From positions 407,376 to 471,375 of the forward strand of contig NC_068985.1 in assembly GCF_001194135.2 (NCBI RefSeq): DNA of 64,000 nt, written 5' to 3'. A program made the position numbers and the translations under genes. This document shows positions 1 through 12,809 of this stretch, piece by piece. Under the pieces are notes generated by a model that was given only the letters and a program-made list of their open reading frames with translations, had not been told where the DNA came from and ran no database searches. Source of the stretch: Octopus bimaculoides. Taxonomy: Eukaryota. Numbering within the stretch: position 1 is the stretch's first letter; the number at the start of each line of letters is the position of its first letter.

Positions 1-732
1 TTATGTTCACATGTGTCCGAATCTGTATTTGTGAGCAAATGAATCCGTGGTGTGCAAACATAAATCAACACAGCATAAAAATCTGCAGCTTGGTAATGAG
101 ACAGACGTCAGACATCAACAAATGCCAAATCAAAGACGATATTGAGATACAGCAGAGATAAGTATTGAGAAAATGATGTATACTTAATGCCTGGTGGGTG
201 TAGACATAAATATAGGTGTGTCTATGGATGTCTCAGTATATCTTTATATGGATGTGTGTGTGTGTGCATGTAGACATATCCATGTATATACATACATATG
301 TGTGTGGCTCTACATTATGGGTGTACATATCTGTGTTGCTAGATACAGTTAGATGTATGTATAGACGTATGTGTGGGTGAACACATATATGCTTGTATAT
401 AAATATGTATGTGTGGATTAGTGTATGCATATATATGCGTGTGTGTGTCTGTGTATGTTATATGCATGGTAATGCTGTGAGCATGCTGGCTTTCTTCAGT
501 AGGTTCCATCGATCCTTGTGGTGTGCGACCAGTTGAAGCACTCGGTGCTGCATTGATGATATTTTTCTTTCTTGTCTTTCTACCTTTTTATTTGCTTTTT
601 TTGTGTCTTTCTATTGTACTATATATATGCATCATATACATACGGGTTATATGTGTAATAAAATTTGTATATACGGAAAATGGGAAGAAAGGTTTGGGTA
701 TATTTGTGTGTGTATATGTATATATATATTAG

Positions 733-915
733 GTCTTAGAAGGGTATAAAGGCAGGTATTGTTAGAGAAGCACTCAATCTGTATTCAGGGCTATCAACAC
801 TATTGGATTCCAGACTAATACTGAAATTTATCAAGTGCAGAAAATCCTGGACAGAAAGGAATAAGAAGAAATGAATAGAAAGAAAATGAAAAGAACATGT
901 TGAGTTCAGTGGTGC
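733..915 (+). pseudogene. Decayed chromodomain-like fragment, possibly the C-terminus of a Polinton/Ginger/chromovirus-type integrase
   Basis: Manual translation gives YKGRYC*RSTQSVFRAINTIGFQTNTEIYQVQKILDRKE*EEMNRKKMKRTC*VQWC, resembling the chromodomain pattern YEVEKILD...YLVKW; contains three stops. Confidence 0.3.
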
Positions 916-920
916 AACAT

Positions 921-974
<54 letters not shown>

Positions 975-976
<2 letters not shown>

Positions 977-1128
977 TCATCATCGCTTAATGTCTGCTTT
1001 CCATGCTGGCATGGGTTGGATGGTTCAATTGAGGACTGGCAAGCCAGGAGGCTGCACCAGGCTCCAATCTGATTTGGCAGAGTTTCTACAGCTGAATGCC
1101 CTTCCTAAAACCAACCACTCTGAGAGTG
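975..1128 (-). mobile_element. 5'-truncated 3' end of RTE-clade LINE (family R)
   Basis: Reverse complement of the family 3' UTR (gagtggttg..aggaagggcat..ccatgccagcatgg..(GAT)n), abutting a (TA)n tract. Confidence 0.85.
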
Positions 1129-1303
1129 TGTATATATATAGGATTGTGGNNNNNNNNNNGGCTCCAATCTGATTTGGCAGAGTTTCTACAGCTGAATGCC
1201 CTTCCTAAAACCAACCACTCTGAGAGTGTGTATATATATAGGATTGTGGGTAAGGCCAGATCCTTTATACAATATATTCTACACAACGTTTCAGAGTAAC
1301 TAT

Positions 1304-1340
<37 letters not shown>

Positions 1341-1350
1341 NNNNNNNNNN

Positions 1351-1387
<37 letters not shown>

Positions 1388-1693
1388 TACATAAACATAT
1401 ATAAATTCATAAATATATATATTTATATATATATACACACATACATACATACATACACATATATATATTCACACACACACATACACACACACATACATAT
1501 ATATATACGCACACACACACACACACACACACATTTGGGTCAGTGTCCGATTGTTTGTGTTCTATCCTGACTGCATGGTTGCTTTATAGTTTTATTTAAC
1601 AGTCTTTTATTATCATTGGAAAACATTATTTGAATCATTTACCAATTTTTACATTATATTTTATTTCATGTCTATTTTCAATGCTTGGCATTA

Positions 1694-1752
<59 letters not shown>

Positions 1753-1944
1753 ACATTTTTTGTAATAGAAATAAATGAAATGGAAATTAAGAAATGAGAT
1801 ACTTTTTGACAACTCTCCTTACAAGATACATTTTCCCCCATGATTCACCACAACTGTTTGTACAGCAACCACTCAACTGGAACCAATGCACAATAGCTCA
1901 AAATGATCATAATGAATAATAAAGAGCCTCGTTAATTCCATTTT

Positions 1945-2343
1945 CTTTCTCTCACATATATACTCTTTTACTTGTTTCAGTCATTTGACTGCGGCCATGC
2001 TGGAGCAACGCCTTTAGTCGAATCAAATCGACCCCAGGACTTATTCTTTTGTAAGCCTAGTACTTATTCTATCGGTCTCTTTTTGCCAAACTGCTATGTT
2101 ACGGGGATGTAAACACACCAGCATCGGTTGTCAAGCGATGGCGGGGGGACAAACATATATATATATATATATACATATATACGACGGGCTTCTTTCAGTT
2201 TCTGTCTACCAAATCCACTCACAAGACTTTGGTCGTCCCGAGGCTATAGTAGAAGACACTTGCCCAAGGTGCCACGCAGTGGGACTGAACCCGGAACCAT
2301 GTGGTTGGTAAGCAAGCTACTTACCACACAGCCACTCCTTGCA

Positions 2344-2345
<2 letters not shown>
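1945..2345 (-). mobile_element. tRNA-derived SINE family A, full length, with internal microsatellite
   Basis: Minus-strand head ggagtggctgtgtggtaag (A box) ... ggttcagtccc (B box), then ttgggcaagtgtcttct (CORE-like), internal (TA)n and tail gactgaaacaagtaaaaga; homologous copies at 36649 and 41118. Confidence 0.85.
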
Positions 2346-2388
<43 letters not shown>

Positions 2389-3064
2389 CATTTTCATTCT
2401 CATACACACACATGTGGTGGTTTTCTATATAATTCCTGTCAAGTAAATTGCACTCGTTAGATATTGGTCAACCAAGGGTTATAGGGCAGGATTCTTGACC
2501 AAGATTCCATGCAAAACATTGACTGCATTCTTTTTCTTGCTGCATCAAACATCCTCAATTTGAAATTTTCTACCTCAGGACAGGTTTTGTATTTGACATT
2601 CAAAATGAAACCATAAGACATGAATTGAATTTTTACTTCTCAATAAACTCTGATGCCGAAGGAGATGATCAACAGCACAGGTGAACCTCTGTTGTGACAG
2701 ACCTCACAACTCATCTTGCTCATATCCAAATCTTTAAGGATGACAATTTGAGAGTATACAACTTTCTCAGTAGAAATCTGAGGTTTCCAAAGAACAAATG
2801 ATGAAACAAACTCATCTTTTCCTCTAAATTTAAATTGCAATTTTAAAATAATTTGCAATTTGCTGGGAGGTACTTTAGAGTAAAGAGACATTAAATGGGT
2901 CGTGATACAAGATAATAATTCTCCACAAGTGTCTCTTCAAATCCCTCTGAGGTTGGCTTTGTTTTCAATCTTGCCAGAATTTATAAAATGCATTTCAGTT
3001 AATTACGGGGCTAATTTAATCAATTGTTCCTCCCAACCAAAATAGTGCCCTTGTACCTAGAAAC

Positions 3065-3265
3065 GAATATTGGTTTCAAATTTTGGCAGAAGGACAGCAG
3101 TTTTAGAAAGCTGGGGTAAGTTGATTACATCGACCCCCAGTATTCAACAGGTATATATTTTGTTGACCTCAAAAGGATGAAAGACAAAGTTAGTGGCATT
3201 TGAACTCAGAACTGCCACTAAACATCTTGCTTGGTGTGCAAACAATTCTGGCAGTTCACCTCCCT
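3065..3265 (-). mobile_element. tRNA-derived SINE family C
   Basis: Contains aaaggatgaaagacaaag and tttgaactcagaac (reverse complement of the B box gttctgagttcaaa), shared with about ten copies in the window. Confidence 0.75.
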
Positions 3266-3402
3266 AAAGCTAGAAATTAATATCACAAAACGAATGGCTA
3301 TCTTAATTAATAGTATGCCATTAGAACAAAATTACAAACAGGCAAAAGATCCTGTAATTTTCCAATGTTGATATAACAAATAAAGAATAAAGTAACGAAT
3401 TT

Positions 3403-3490
3403 GTGTGTGCGTGTGTGTGTGCGTGCGCGTGTGCGTGTGCGTGTGCGTGTGTGTGTGCGTGTGTGTGTGTGTGTGTGCGCGCGCGCGCGT
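3403..3490. repeat. Alternating purine-pyrimidine (GT)/(GC) microsatellite
   Basis: Alternating run ending in (GC)n, seen directly. Confidence 0.95.
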
Positions 3491-3825
3491 TGCGGGGTGG
3501 ATATATTTATCAAGGCTACAAAAAAATAATTCTAGGTTTAGAATTACATAATATTACAAATATCATAATTTCATTTAATTTCATAATCTAATCTAAATCT
3601 TGTAAAATTTTGTGATTTCTTCCTGAGAATAAAGTTCTAAAACAAGTTTCCATTTTTTATTTAGAATTTTATTTCTTTTGTTTTTCTTTTTTCTAGTATG
3701 AAGACCTACAATAGAATAGTTATTCAGTTTCAAAACAAATTCCCCATGATTAGCATTCTGTGATAGGTAAAACCAACTAATAAATTCAGAGCTTTAATGG
3801 TAGAACTGTCAGTGACTGGCTCACA

Positions 3826-4640
3826 GTTCACATTTTCCATGCTGGCATGGGTTAGACGGTTTGACAGGAGCTGTCCAGACTCCAATTGCCTGTTGTGGCA
3901 TGGTTGGATGCCGTTCTTAATGCCAACCACTTTACAGAGTGTGCTGAGTGCTTTTTACAAGCCACTGGCATGAGTGTGTGTATGCTTCACTAGCACAAGT
4001 TCATTTTATGTGACACCAGCACCTGCAGGGGACACGCCTGTATGTGTGGATGACAGGGATTTTACTTAGCAAATCCCCACAACTCCTGGTCCCTTGTCAT
4101 TTCATCAGTGAAACCCACTGTTTGAAGATCCTTGCTCACCGCTTCATCCCATGTCTTCTTGGGTCTAACCCTTCCACAGGAACCCTCTACAATTAGAGCT
4201 TGACACTTCTTCATGCAACTGTCCTCATCCATAAGCATCACATGACCAAACCAACACAGTCTTCTCTCTTCCTCACAACATCTGATGCCTCTTTTACCTG
4301 GTTTTCCTCTTAAATCATTTACGCTCTGTTGTTTGTGCACCCTGACAATATCCATCCAGCAGAGCATGCCAGCTTTTTTTTTCAAGCCTTTGCAAGTCCT
4401 CTGTAGTCAAAGCCCATGTTTCACTGCCATTTAGCACAGCTGTACACACACTTGCATCATACAATCTGCCTTTCCCTCTGAAGGAGAGACCTTTAGTTAC
4501 CAGCCCCTCTGAACTTTGTGCATTCTTATTCTAGCAACTACACTTTCAGAACTTTCTCCTCCACTGCTGACTTGGTCACTGAGGTAACAGAAGCTATCTA
4601 CTACTTCTAATGAGGGAGACTTGTAACTGAGGGAGTCTAT
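3826..4640 (-). mobile_element. RTE-clade LINE family R, 3' fragment (RT thumb to 3' UTR)
   Basis: ORF 4062..4385 has RRLCWFGHVMLMD...GRVRPKKTWDEAV; upstream LEVVDSFCYLSDQVSSGG and LNGSETWA motifs. Confidence 0.9.
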
Positions 4641-4807
4641 TGTCTATGAAAAATGTTGACATCTAATATAATAAATTAAAAATTAATATAACAGTTTGTG
4701 GTGTGTGTTTGTAAGTTATCAAACAGGCTCTTTCATCACATAATTGCCCTATATTTAATGGACAATGAAATAGAATTCATCCACATATACGTATATGTAT
4801 GTATACA

Positions 4808-4847
<40 letters not shown>

Positions 4848-4864
4848 TGTATGTATGTATGTAT

Positions 4865-5232
4865 GGAGGTGCAATGGTCCAGTGGTTAGGGCAACGGACT
4901 CACGGTCATAGGATAGCAGTTTTGATTCCCAGACCGGGCGTTGTGAGTGTTTATTGAGCGAAAACACCAAAGTTCCATGAGGCTCCGGCAGGGGATGGTG
5001 GCGAACCTTGCTGTACTCATTCATCACAACTTTCACTCTTTCTTCCTGTTTCTGTTGTACCTGTATTTCAAAGGTCACACTTTGTATCATATTGAATCTC
5101 TCCAAGAACTACGTTAAGGGTACACGTGTCTGTGGAGTGCTCAGCCACTTGCATGTTAATTTCACGAGTAGAGACTGTTCTGTTGATCGGATCAACAGAT
5201 ACCCTTGTCGTTGTAACCGACGGAGTGCCACG
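4865..5232 (+). mobile_element. tRNA-derived SINE family B
   Basis: Head ggtgcaatggtccagtggttagggcaacggactcacggtcataggatagcagttttgattcccagaccggg with A box TGGTCCAGTGG and a degenerate B box; flanked by microsatellites. Confidence 0.7.
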
Positions 5233-5240
5233 ACATATAT

Positions 5241-5292
<52 letters not shown>

Positions 5293-5754
5293 GATATAGT
5301 TATATATTTAACTGAATTAAATTGATTCTATTCAGATGTCACTTAACAACAGATTAATTTTTGAGTGAAGGATTAAAAGTTTGTTTATCTAAATTTTTGA
5401 TGGAGAAACATACCTGCATGCAATGCAAGACCAACTATTTGGTTAAACATTTTGTTGAAATAACAAATAAATAAATAAAATGCTAATAAGAGGATGGGTC
5501 AGTTGCAGTGGAGGTGGTAAAGGAGCAGTGTAATGACCAGAGACTTGAAAAGATGACTTGTCTTTACGATAATATAGTTTCCAAAATTTCGTTTCTTCTA
5601 ATATGAAAATAATGAAAATGGTGGTTTCCTAAAGGATCAATAAAATGCAGAAGGATTTTTCACACTCAATATTAACTATCTGACATGTTTCATTTTTCCA
5701 CACAACTAAATATGATGTACAATAATCGTATGTAACATAAGCAGGAGATCTGGA

Positions 5755-5940
5755 ATTTGAGAAAGAAGAATAGTTGATTACATTCACTCTAATATGTGAA
5801 TAGGTACTTCATTTTATCAAACATCAAGGTGTGAAAGGTAAAGCTGATCTTGGTGGGATTTGAACTCAGAGTGCAGACAGTCAGAACAAACAATGTGAGA
5901 CATTCTATCCAATACTCCAATGACTCTGCCAATTCACTTT
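5755..5940 (-). mobile_element. SINE family C, degenerate copy
   Basis: gtgaaaggtaaagctgatcttggtgggatttgaactcaga matches the family C consensus. Confidence 0.65.
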
Positions 5941-6659
5941 ATAAAGTTTATATAACAACAACAACAACAACAATAATAATGATAATAATTTGCAATAAAG
6001 CCACCAAGACTACAAGAAATAACAAAAATAGCCAGAACATTGAAAATAGTAAGATAGCAATAACAGCAAAAAGGAAGTACAGTTTACAGCAGTGCTACCA
6101 CCACCACTGGAAGGCAGACGTTAAACGATGATGATGATGAATATGTCCTGGGTATGGCATGAAATATCATCCAGTTGTGACATCTCAATGTGGGATAAAT
6201 AAGGTTACTCTTAACCACAAGTACTTTTAGGTCACCATTTGGCAAGGTGAAGTATCTGTAAGCCCACCCCGAGACCTTGAGATACTGGTAGGGTTAAGTC
6301 TGTCTCATGGGATGAGGGTGGGTGTCCCTTTAGCTTTGGTTGGCAACCAAAAGATGGTTGACTCTAGAAATGGTGCATCAATAAAATCAGCCGTGATGGT
6401 GTCACCTTATTACCAGAATCCTCATGAATGAAAATGTCAAATACAAGATATTATACAATGGCATGAATGAGGCTGGAACTGAAAACAGTTTATATGAGGG
6501 TAGGTATGGACTCTCTAAGCCTTGCTTAGCAACCTACCTAGTGATGGTGTCAGGATAAAAATACTGGGGGATTGCACAATCTTACAAATGCTACCTCTAA
6601 ATGAGTTATGTCAAAATCAAATAATATTCACAACTACACTAATGGGACCCGTTAATGGT

Positions 6660-9213
6660 GAAGGTGTCACGCCTTGCAGATAAGGAGTGCCTGATTAAGC
6701 TCTGGCATTATCGAGCCATTGATCAGGACCAGAATCGAAGTCAAAAGGGCAAAAAGAAAAAAAATTAAATGGGAAAAAAGAGGTGAACAAATTTCTAATT
6801 GAAATTCTGGCTGAGAAGTGAGCCAAATGCAAGAGGTTTCATGAAAGGAATGAAGAGAATACTGGATGAAAAAGGAGTTTTTGAAGCATCCACCCAGTAA
6901 CTGATAGACCAGGCAAGGGTAATTCATATGAATGACTGGATTACAGGATTAGAATTTGAAGAAATCCAGAGAAGAATGAAAAATAAGAAGGAAGAGAGAG
7001 AAACAACAACAGTAGCTGAAAGTGGTAACGATGGGGGGTAAGAGATGAAGAATATAAAAGAGAAGGAAATCACTATGTGCCTGAGATTGTTGATGAAGAA
7101 AATAATGAAGATGATCAAGTTGGACAAGTGAGAGTAAATGCTGCATAAGAGTCGAATGACAGAGAGAAGGAGATTCTAGAAATGCTGCAAGGTAAAATGT
7201 GTGATGGAAACAATGAAGTAGCACCAAATGTCAGATATATGAACAGAAGGAAAGTAAAGAGAGCCACAGCCAAAGCAAATGATGCTTTGAGGTTGGTTAG
7301 AACAGAAAACACGAGTGAAACAAACCAGCTAATCACAGCTGCTGTTAATGCTGCAGCAGACATAGAAGCAGAAAACTGAAGAAACGAAAGGAAATGAAAA
7401 GAAAGAACCAAACTGGAGAAAGAGAATAGGAATGAAGTTGGAAAAGACACAGAAAGAACTGGGGCAGTTGAATAGGATAATGAGAGGAGAGCTCAAGAAT
7501 AAGGTAGTAATCAGACAACTGAATGGACAGTACAGGTTAGAAGAAAGGGGAAAATCAAACAGTTACATGAAGAATTGACACAAAAGGTGAGAGCATTAAA
7601 AGGCGAGACTGAAAAGATATGATGCTAGATGTAAAGGCTTTGAACAGAATGGACAGTTTCAATCAAATAGAAAGCATCTTTTTGAGGAAATAGAGGGGGA
7701 CCAACATCAGGAAATAACTCCTGATGCAGAAGAGAGCAAAATAATTTGGAGAGAAAAATAGAAGGGGCCAGTGAAACAGAAAATGCAGAGTGGCTAATAC
7801 AGGTGGAAAGAACTTGCAACTGTGCCAAGACAAAAGAACATCAAAATCGATCTATATACAGTGAGACTGAAGTTAAAAAAATATGGCAAATTGCAAAAGA
7901 CCTGACTCAGATGGAGTACAAGGCTACTGGCTGAAGATCTTTACACAGTTGCATGAAAAGATCACTGCATAACTGGATGAATGCCTGCAGGATGACAATA
8001 ATCAAACACCTGGATGACACTATTATGTCTCAAGGATCTTTTGAAAGGTAACTTGGTATCAATTTCTGACCTATAAACTGTTTGCCACTCATGTGGAAGC
8101 TTATGACTGGTGTCTTGATAGAAAAGCTATATAATCATTTAGAAAGTAACAATCTGCTTTCAGAAGAGCAGAGAGGATGCAGGAAACAAAGTAGGGCAAC
8201 AAAATACTATTTATTAGTTGATAAAAATGATAATTAGAAATTGTAGATGCAGATTGATGGGACTGACTGTAGTTTGGGTAGATTACAGCAGAGCATATGA
8301 CATGGTACCGCAAAGATGGATAAGTAAAACAATGAGCATGTTTGGAGTGGTAGAGAATATAGAGAAAATGGTTAATGAAAGTATGAAACATTGGAAGAGG
8401 CTTAAATGCTGTGGATGAGTGTGAAGAGATGAAATGAGAAAGCCTAGTAGAATATTTATAGGATAACACAGAGAAATTGCTAAAGACAGTGGATAAGGAA
8501 TAGGTGATCAAGTGTGGAATAGGAGAAAAGGACAATAATGAAATTAAAAAAGAATACGTTAGACAGGTTGAAGAGAAACCTCTGCATCGCCAATTTTGGA
8601 GAGCCACCAAAGATACATGTGGGACAAAATCCTGGGCTTGATTAAGAAAAGGGCAATTAAAAAAAGAAACAGAGAGCCTAATTGTAGCAACCCAGGGACC
8701 AAGTGATAAACAACTTGAAGAAAAATGTATATGGGGAGAATGTGTCAGTAAAATATAGAATCTGTAGAACTTGGTACAAGACACAAGGCACACATTGTTG
8801 CAGAATGTCCTAAGTTGGCTCAGGGAGAATATAACAAATGGAGGCATGACCAAGTACTGAAAGTTTTACACAGAAACTGTCATTCAGTGTGATTACCTGA
8901 TGAGATATTAGAAACCAGACATTGTCCGGGTGAAAAAAAGAGAAAGAACATGCATGATAATTGACACAGCATGTCCTGGTGACAACAAGATCAAAGAGAA
9001 AGTAAAAAAAAACTGAACAATTATGGTGATTTGAAGTGGGAAATATGGTTATGGTCAATGAGGAGAGCAGAAGTCGGTACCAATAGCAATTGGTGCACTT
9101 GGAAGTATCAGCATGGCTGAAAAAAGATTAATACAAGTGTAAAGATAGAACACCTACAAAAATCAGCATTGCTTGGAACTGCAAAAATTCTTCGCAGGGT
9201 TCTTGAAGCATGA
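6660..9213 (+). mobile_element. Near full-length but decayed R4/Dong-clade non-LTR retrotransposon (RT plus CCHC and REL endonuclease)
   Basis: N-terminal LIDQARVIHMNDWITGLEFEEIQ; [16 protein letters not shown]...EEQRGCRKQ...WVDYSRAYDMVP; C-terminal KPLHRQFW..SWAWLRKGQLKKETESL, CPKLAQGEYNKWRHD, KPDIV..IIDTACP, VPIAIGALG, LQKSALLGTAKILRRVL*. Many stops and frameshifts; the RT YxDD core is deleted. Confidence 0.9.
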
Positions 9214-9329
9214 CCATTAAACAAAAGGCTTATTTTTCTGTCTTCAAGGAAGATATCTAATGCAAAAAAGAAACAGGCAACTAATGAAGAAAATAGGGTA
9301 AAAATAGCTAAACTCTAAACTCTAATAAA

Positions 9330-10020
9330 ATCTGAACAAGATACCAACAAAATGGTGGCAAGGACACCTTTATATGGAAAATACTGGAAAGCGCTGAACA
9401 AAGTAGAAATAGATAAAGAAAAAGCACAGCACTGGTGAAGAGGCAGAGGCTTCAAAACAGGGAGTGAAGGCTCTTGATACAAAGGACGAAAACCTTAAAA
9501 GCAGAAACCACTAAAATCATATAACGAAGCTAAGCACAGAATATTCAGTGAAGAAGCAATCAACCAATATTATTTCTGGCTGCCCAGAGAAAGAACACAT
9601 CCGTAGCAGGACAGAGTTGGGACTTACACTGGAAATGATATGAACATTGTGAAGTATTAACTGAAAAGAGATGATGTAAACATACACCATAAAAGGTCTC
9701 TGAGAATAGCAAAGGGGCCATACTCTGGGATATTCCAATGCACACAGACAAGAAGATCAAGCCTAACCAACCAGATAATTCTAGAAATAAAATGTGTCCT
9801 AATTGACATATTAGATTGATTATCTGAAAGTGATGGAGAACTTATCAATGTACAAAGATATGTGACCTGCAAACAGAAACAATCCCTATAATAAGTTATT
9901 TTGGGATTGATTAGGAAAAAACATGCAGTCAATTACATAACCAAAGCCCCATGAACAAATATGTGTAAATGCTAAAAATAACACTACTAGGTAGTATATT
10001 ATATTAGGGTACTTTTGATA
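9330..10020 (+). mobile_element. R4/Dong-clade 3' fragment, second subfamily
   Basis: PLYGKYWKALNKVEIDKEKAQHW and ILWDIPMHTDKKIKPNQPD motifs, heavily decayed. Confidence 0.75.
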
Positions 10021-10123
10021 AAGTGAAATTAAAATGAAACAAAGCCAAGAGACAGCACACTCATGGCACACATAATGGCACATGGTAATGTAGTGAAAGC
10101 ATGAAATAAAAGGATAATTGAAT

Positions 10124-10159
<36 letters not shown>

Positions 10160-10479
10160 GTTTAACGTCCACTTTCCATGCTAGCATGGGTTGGATGATT
10201 TGACTGAGGACCCATGCTAGCATAACAATAATAATAATGATGATGATGATGATGATTACTCTCATCGAATTTGACATATGAGTATTTGGAGGAAAAGATT
10301 AAAAAGGAAAAAGAAAAAAGATCTATTTGCAATAGATGTCAATGTAATTTGAGTGGACGAATGGATTTTGAAGTCACCAAGGGGACAATGATGATTTTGA
10401 TTTTGCCTGGGATTAGATAAATGTGTCTGTTGACTTTAGGATATAATTCTTTTATTGTTTCTTCAATTTGCATTCTTTA

Positions 10480-11290
10480 GTTGAATCATGACACATTTTA
10501 TGTCACTCAAACTTTTCTAGACAATAACTTTCCCAAGATATTAAATTAAGTTGTAAGGATTTTAGCAATTGTTTCAACTTATTCTTATACCTTAGTAGAG
10601 GTCTTTCTTTACCATGGAATCCCTCTAATTGTTGATCACATAAAAGAATTTTTGGAATGCAATCATCTTGCATTCGAAAAGGCATGTCTTGCTCATCTGC
10701 ACTGAATTCTCAACAGCAGGCTTTTGATGCTGGAGACTTTTCTAAATTCTTGGTATTTGATATTTTATTTTGCCCTTTTATGTTGCAGATATTATTCAGA
10801 CTGTGCATGTGAAAGGTTTCAACTTTATATGTCTGGAGGAGAGAATCCATGTGTTTGCCCCATACAAAAGTGTTCTCAAAATACAAAATTTGTATTCACT
10901 TATTTTAGTTTTCAATCTGAAAGCATCTTCATCTCACTAATGATGGGAAAGTTTTCCGAAAGCATTCGTACCCTTAGATATTCTAATATTGATTTCATCA
11001 TAAAGATTTCTCTAAAAGTTTACTTCCAAAATATTTAAATGACCTGACCTATTTGAGTGGCTTATTGTCAATCATCAGGTTTGAATTTTGTGTATGTTCT
11101 GTCGCAGGGATTGGCTGGAATAAAATCAATCGTCAACCCAAATGCATGAGCTGCTGCAGCAAGCCTATCAACTGTTTCCTAAATTCCTTCAAATCTATGA
11201 GAAATCAAAGGGCAATCATCAGCAAACAATCACAGAGAAACTCTTCCCTTGGTCAGTTTCTTTGATCTGAAGCTTTGCCCATTTAGATTT
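10480..11290 (-). mobile_element. RTE-clade LINE RT C-terminal fragment (family distinct from R)
   Basis: SFKYFGS..EINIRISKGTNAFGKL..LRTLLYG..HAFRMQDDCIPKILL..GKERPLLRYKNKLKQLLK..W, a typical RTE C-terminus. Confidence 0.85.
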
Positions 11291-11299
11291 AGTAGACCT

Positions 11300-11300
11300 A

Positions 11301-11353
<53 letters not shown>

Positions 11354-11357
11354 TAAC

Positions 11358-11392
<35 letters not shown>

Positions 11393-11415
11393 TGATGATG
11401 ATGATAATAATAGTA

Positions 11416-11455
<40 letters not shown>

Positions 11456-11475
11456 TGATAATAATAATAATAATA
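11300..11475. repeat. (AAT)n/(GAT)n microsatellite
   Basis: Direct trinucleotide run immediately 5' of an R4/Dong fragment. Confidence 0.95.
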
Positions 11476-11877
11476 GCACCTGTAGAGTACAAATCAAGAT
11501 ATGACAGAGTTGGCCAATATCTGCATTGGATAATGTGTCGGCATAATAAAATCAAAACTGCTCACAAATGGTACCAGCACCACCCCGAGGCTGTAACTGA
11601 GGGAGAAAATGTAACGATTCTTTGGGACTTCCCAGTATGTACAGATTAAACCATCAAAACAAATAAACTAAATATTGTTGTGAAAGACCAAAGCAATAAA
11701 GTCTGTTTATTGATTGACATGAGCAAACCCTGTGACCATAATATTTTGGCAAAAGAATTTGATAAGCTTAGAAAATATAAAGATTTGCTAATTGAAATTG
11801 AAAAGATGTGGTATCTCAAGACAGTTACAAAACCAGTGATTGTAGGAGCACTTGGAATGATCACAAAAGGGAACTGA
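11476..11877 (+). mobile_element. R4/Dong-clade REL endonuclease fragment adjoining (AAT)n
   Basis: YKSRYDRVGQYLHW..KWYQHHPE..TILWDFPVCTD..LLIDMSKP..KYKDLLIEIEKMW..KPVIVGALG. Confidence 0.9.
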
Positions 11878-12055
11878 AAAGCACCCACTACACTCTCTGA
11901 GTGGTTGGCGTTAGGAAGGGCATCCAGCTGTAGAAACTCTGCCAAATTAGATTGGAGCCTGGTGTAGCCTTCGGGCTCCACCAGTCCTCAGTCAAATCGT
12001 CCAACCCATGCTAGCATGGAGAGCGGACGTTAAACGATGATGATGATGATGATGA
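11878..12055 (+). mobile_element. RTE family R 3' end
   Basis: aaaagcacccactacactctctgagtggttggcgttaggaagggcatcc...ccatgctagcatgg..cggacgttaaac(GAT)n. Confidence 0.9.
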
Positions 12056-12437
12056 ATGATCACTGGTTTACCATCCATACAGTAAGTGCAAAATATTGTC
12101 TTAACTGTTAGGTCACACGTATTGAGAAGATCATTGTCGCTGTGTATTTTCTTTCCTTTTTCCTTTTATTTTATTTGTTTACTTTTCTATTTTTTATTTT
12201 TTCTATCTTCCCCTTTTCTCTGTCACATGACTTTGTAAATGGACAATCTGATGTGTTTGTTTTAATGGCCTACCAATGTATACAGTACGTTTCTTTGCCC
12301 TAGGTGTCAGACAGACACTTGGCAAGAAATGGAAAGAGAATTGAAAGAAGATGCTAATGAAAATAATAATAATAATAATAGTAATAATAATAATAATAAC
12401 AATAATAATAATAATAATAATAATAATGATAATAAAT

Positions 12438-12800
12438 GCCCTGATGCAGTACCAGGCATTGGTTCTCATGGTTTCTGATGTTAACTGATTGGAAGTATTA
12501 TCATGTACATTGTTTTGTTTTGGAATAAAAAGATGGGCTACAGCAAATATTCTGCTCAATACCACAGATTTGCTTGTCAGTTGCTTGACCTTAACTAGTT
12601 GAGCACATCTCTTAGTAGCTGATGATATGTGCATCATTGATCATGAGCTGAAGTAGTGGGGGAGCATCATAGACATGTGTTGAGAGGAATTCTTGGGGGT
12701 TTGAATAATTCACCTTTGGAAACATGGGTGTTTCATTCAACATCCTTAAATTAACCCTATTCAGGGACCTTTTAAGTAGGATGGGCCACTCGACCTGAAT
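12438..12800. mobile_element. Unclassified interspersed-repeat-like segment between an (AAT)n tract and an R4/Dong fragment
   Basis: Higher-complexity non-coding block bounded on the left by (AAT)n; orientation and class are unresolved. Confidence 0.4.
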
Positions 12801-12809
12801 GAAAAACAA

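Noticed and set aside
523-732. Hydrophobic 69-aa membrane-like ORF
   Set aside because: Hydrophobicity derives from T-rich and (TA)n low-complexity sequence.
1040-1250. Direct duplication of about 90-110 bp
   Set aside because: Near-identical copies flank a 10-N gap; typical unmerged contig overlap.
4865-4935. Functional tRNA gene
   Set aside because: B box is degenerate, no clean cloverleaf, and it continues into a SINE body.
8101-8853. 250-aa minus-strand ORF, the longest real ORF
   Set aside because: Antisense shadow of the purine-rich R4/Dong coding strand.
11890-11945. Twister or pistol ribozyme in the RTE 3' UTR (gttggcgttaggaagggcatcc region)
   Set aside because: Partial resemblance only; the required L4 loop and P2/P3 arrangement could not be built.
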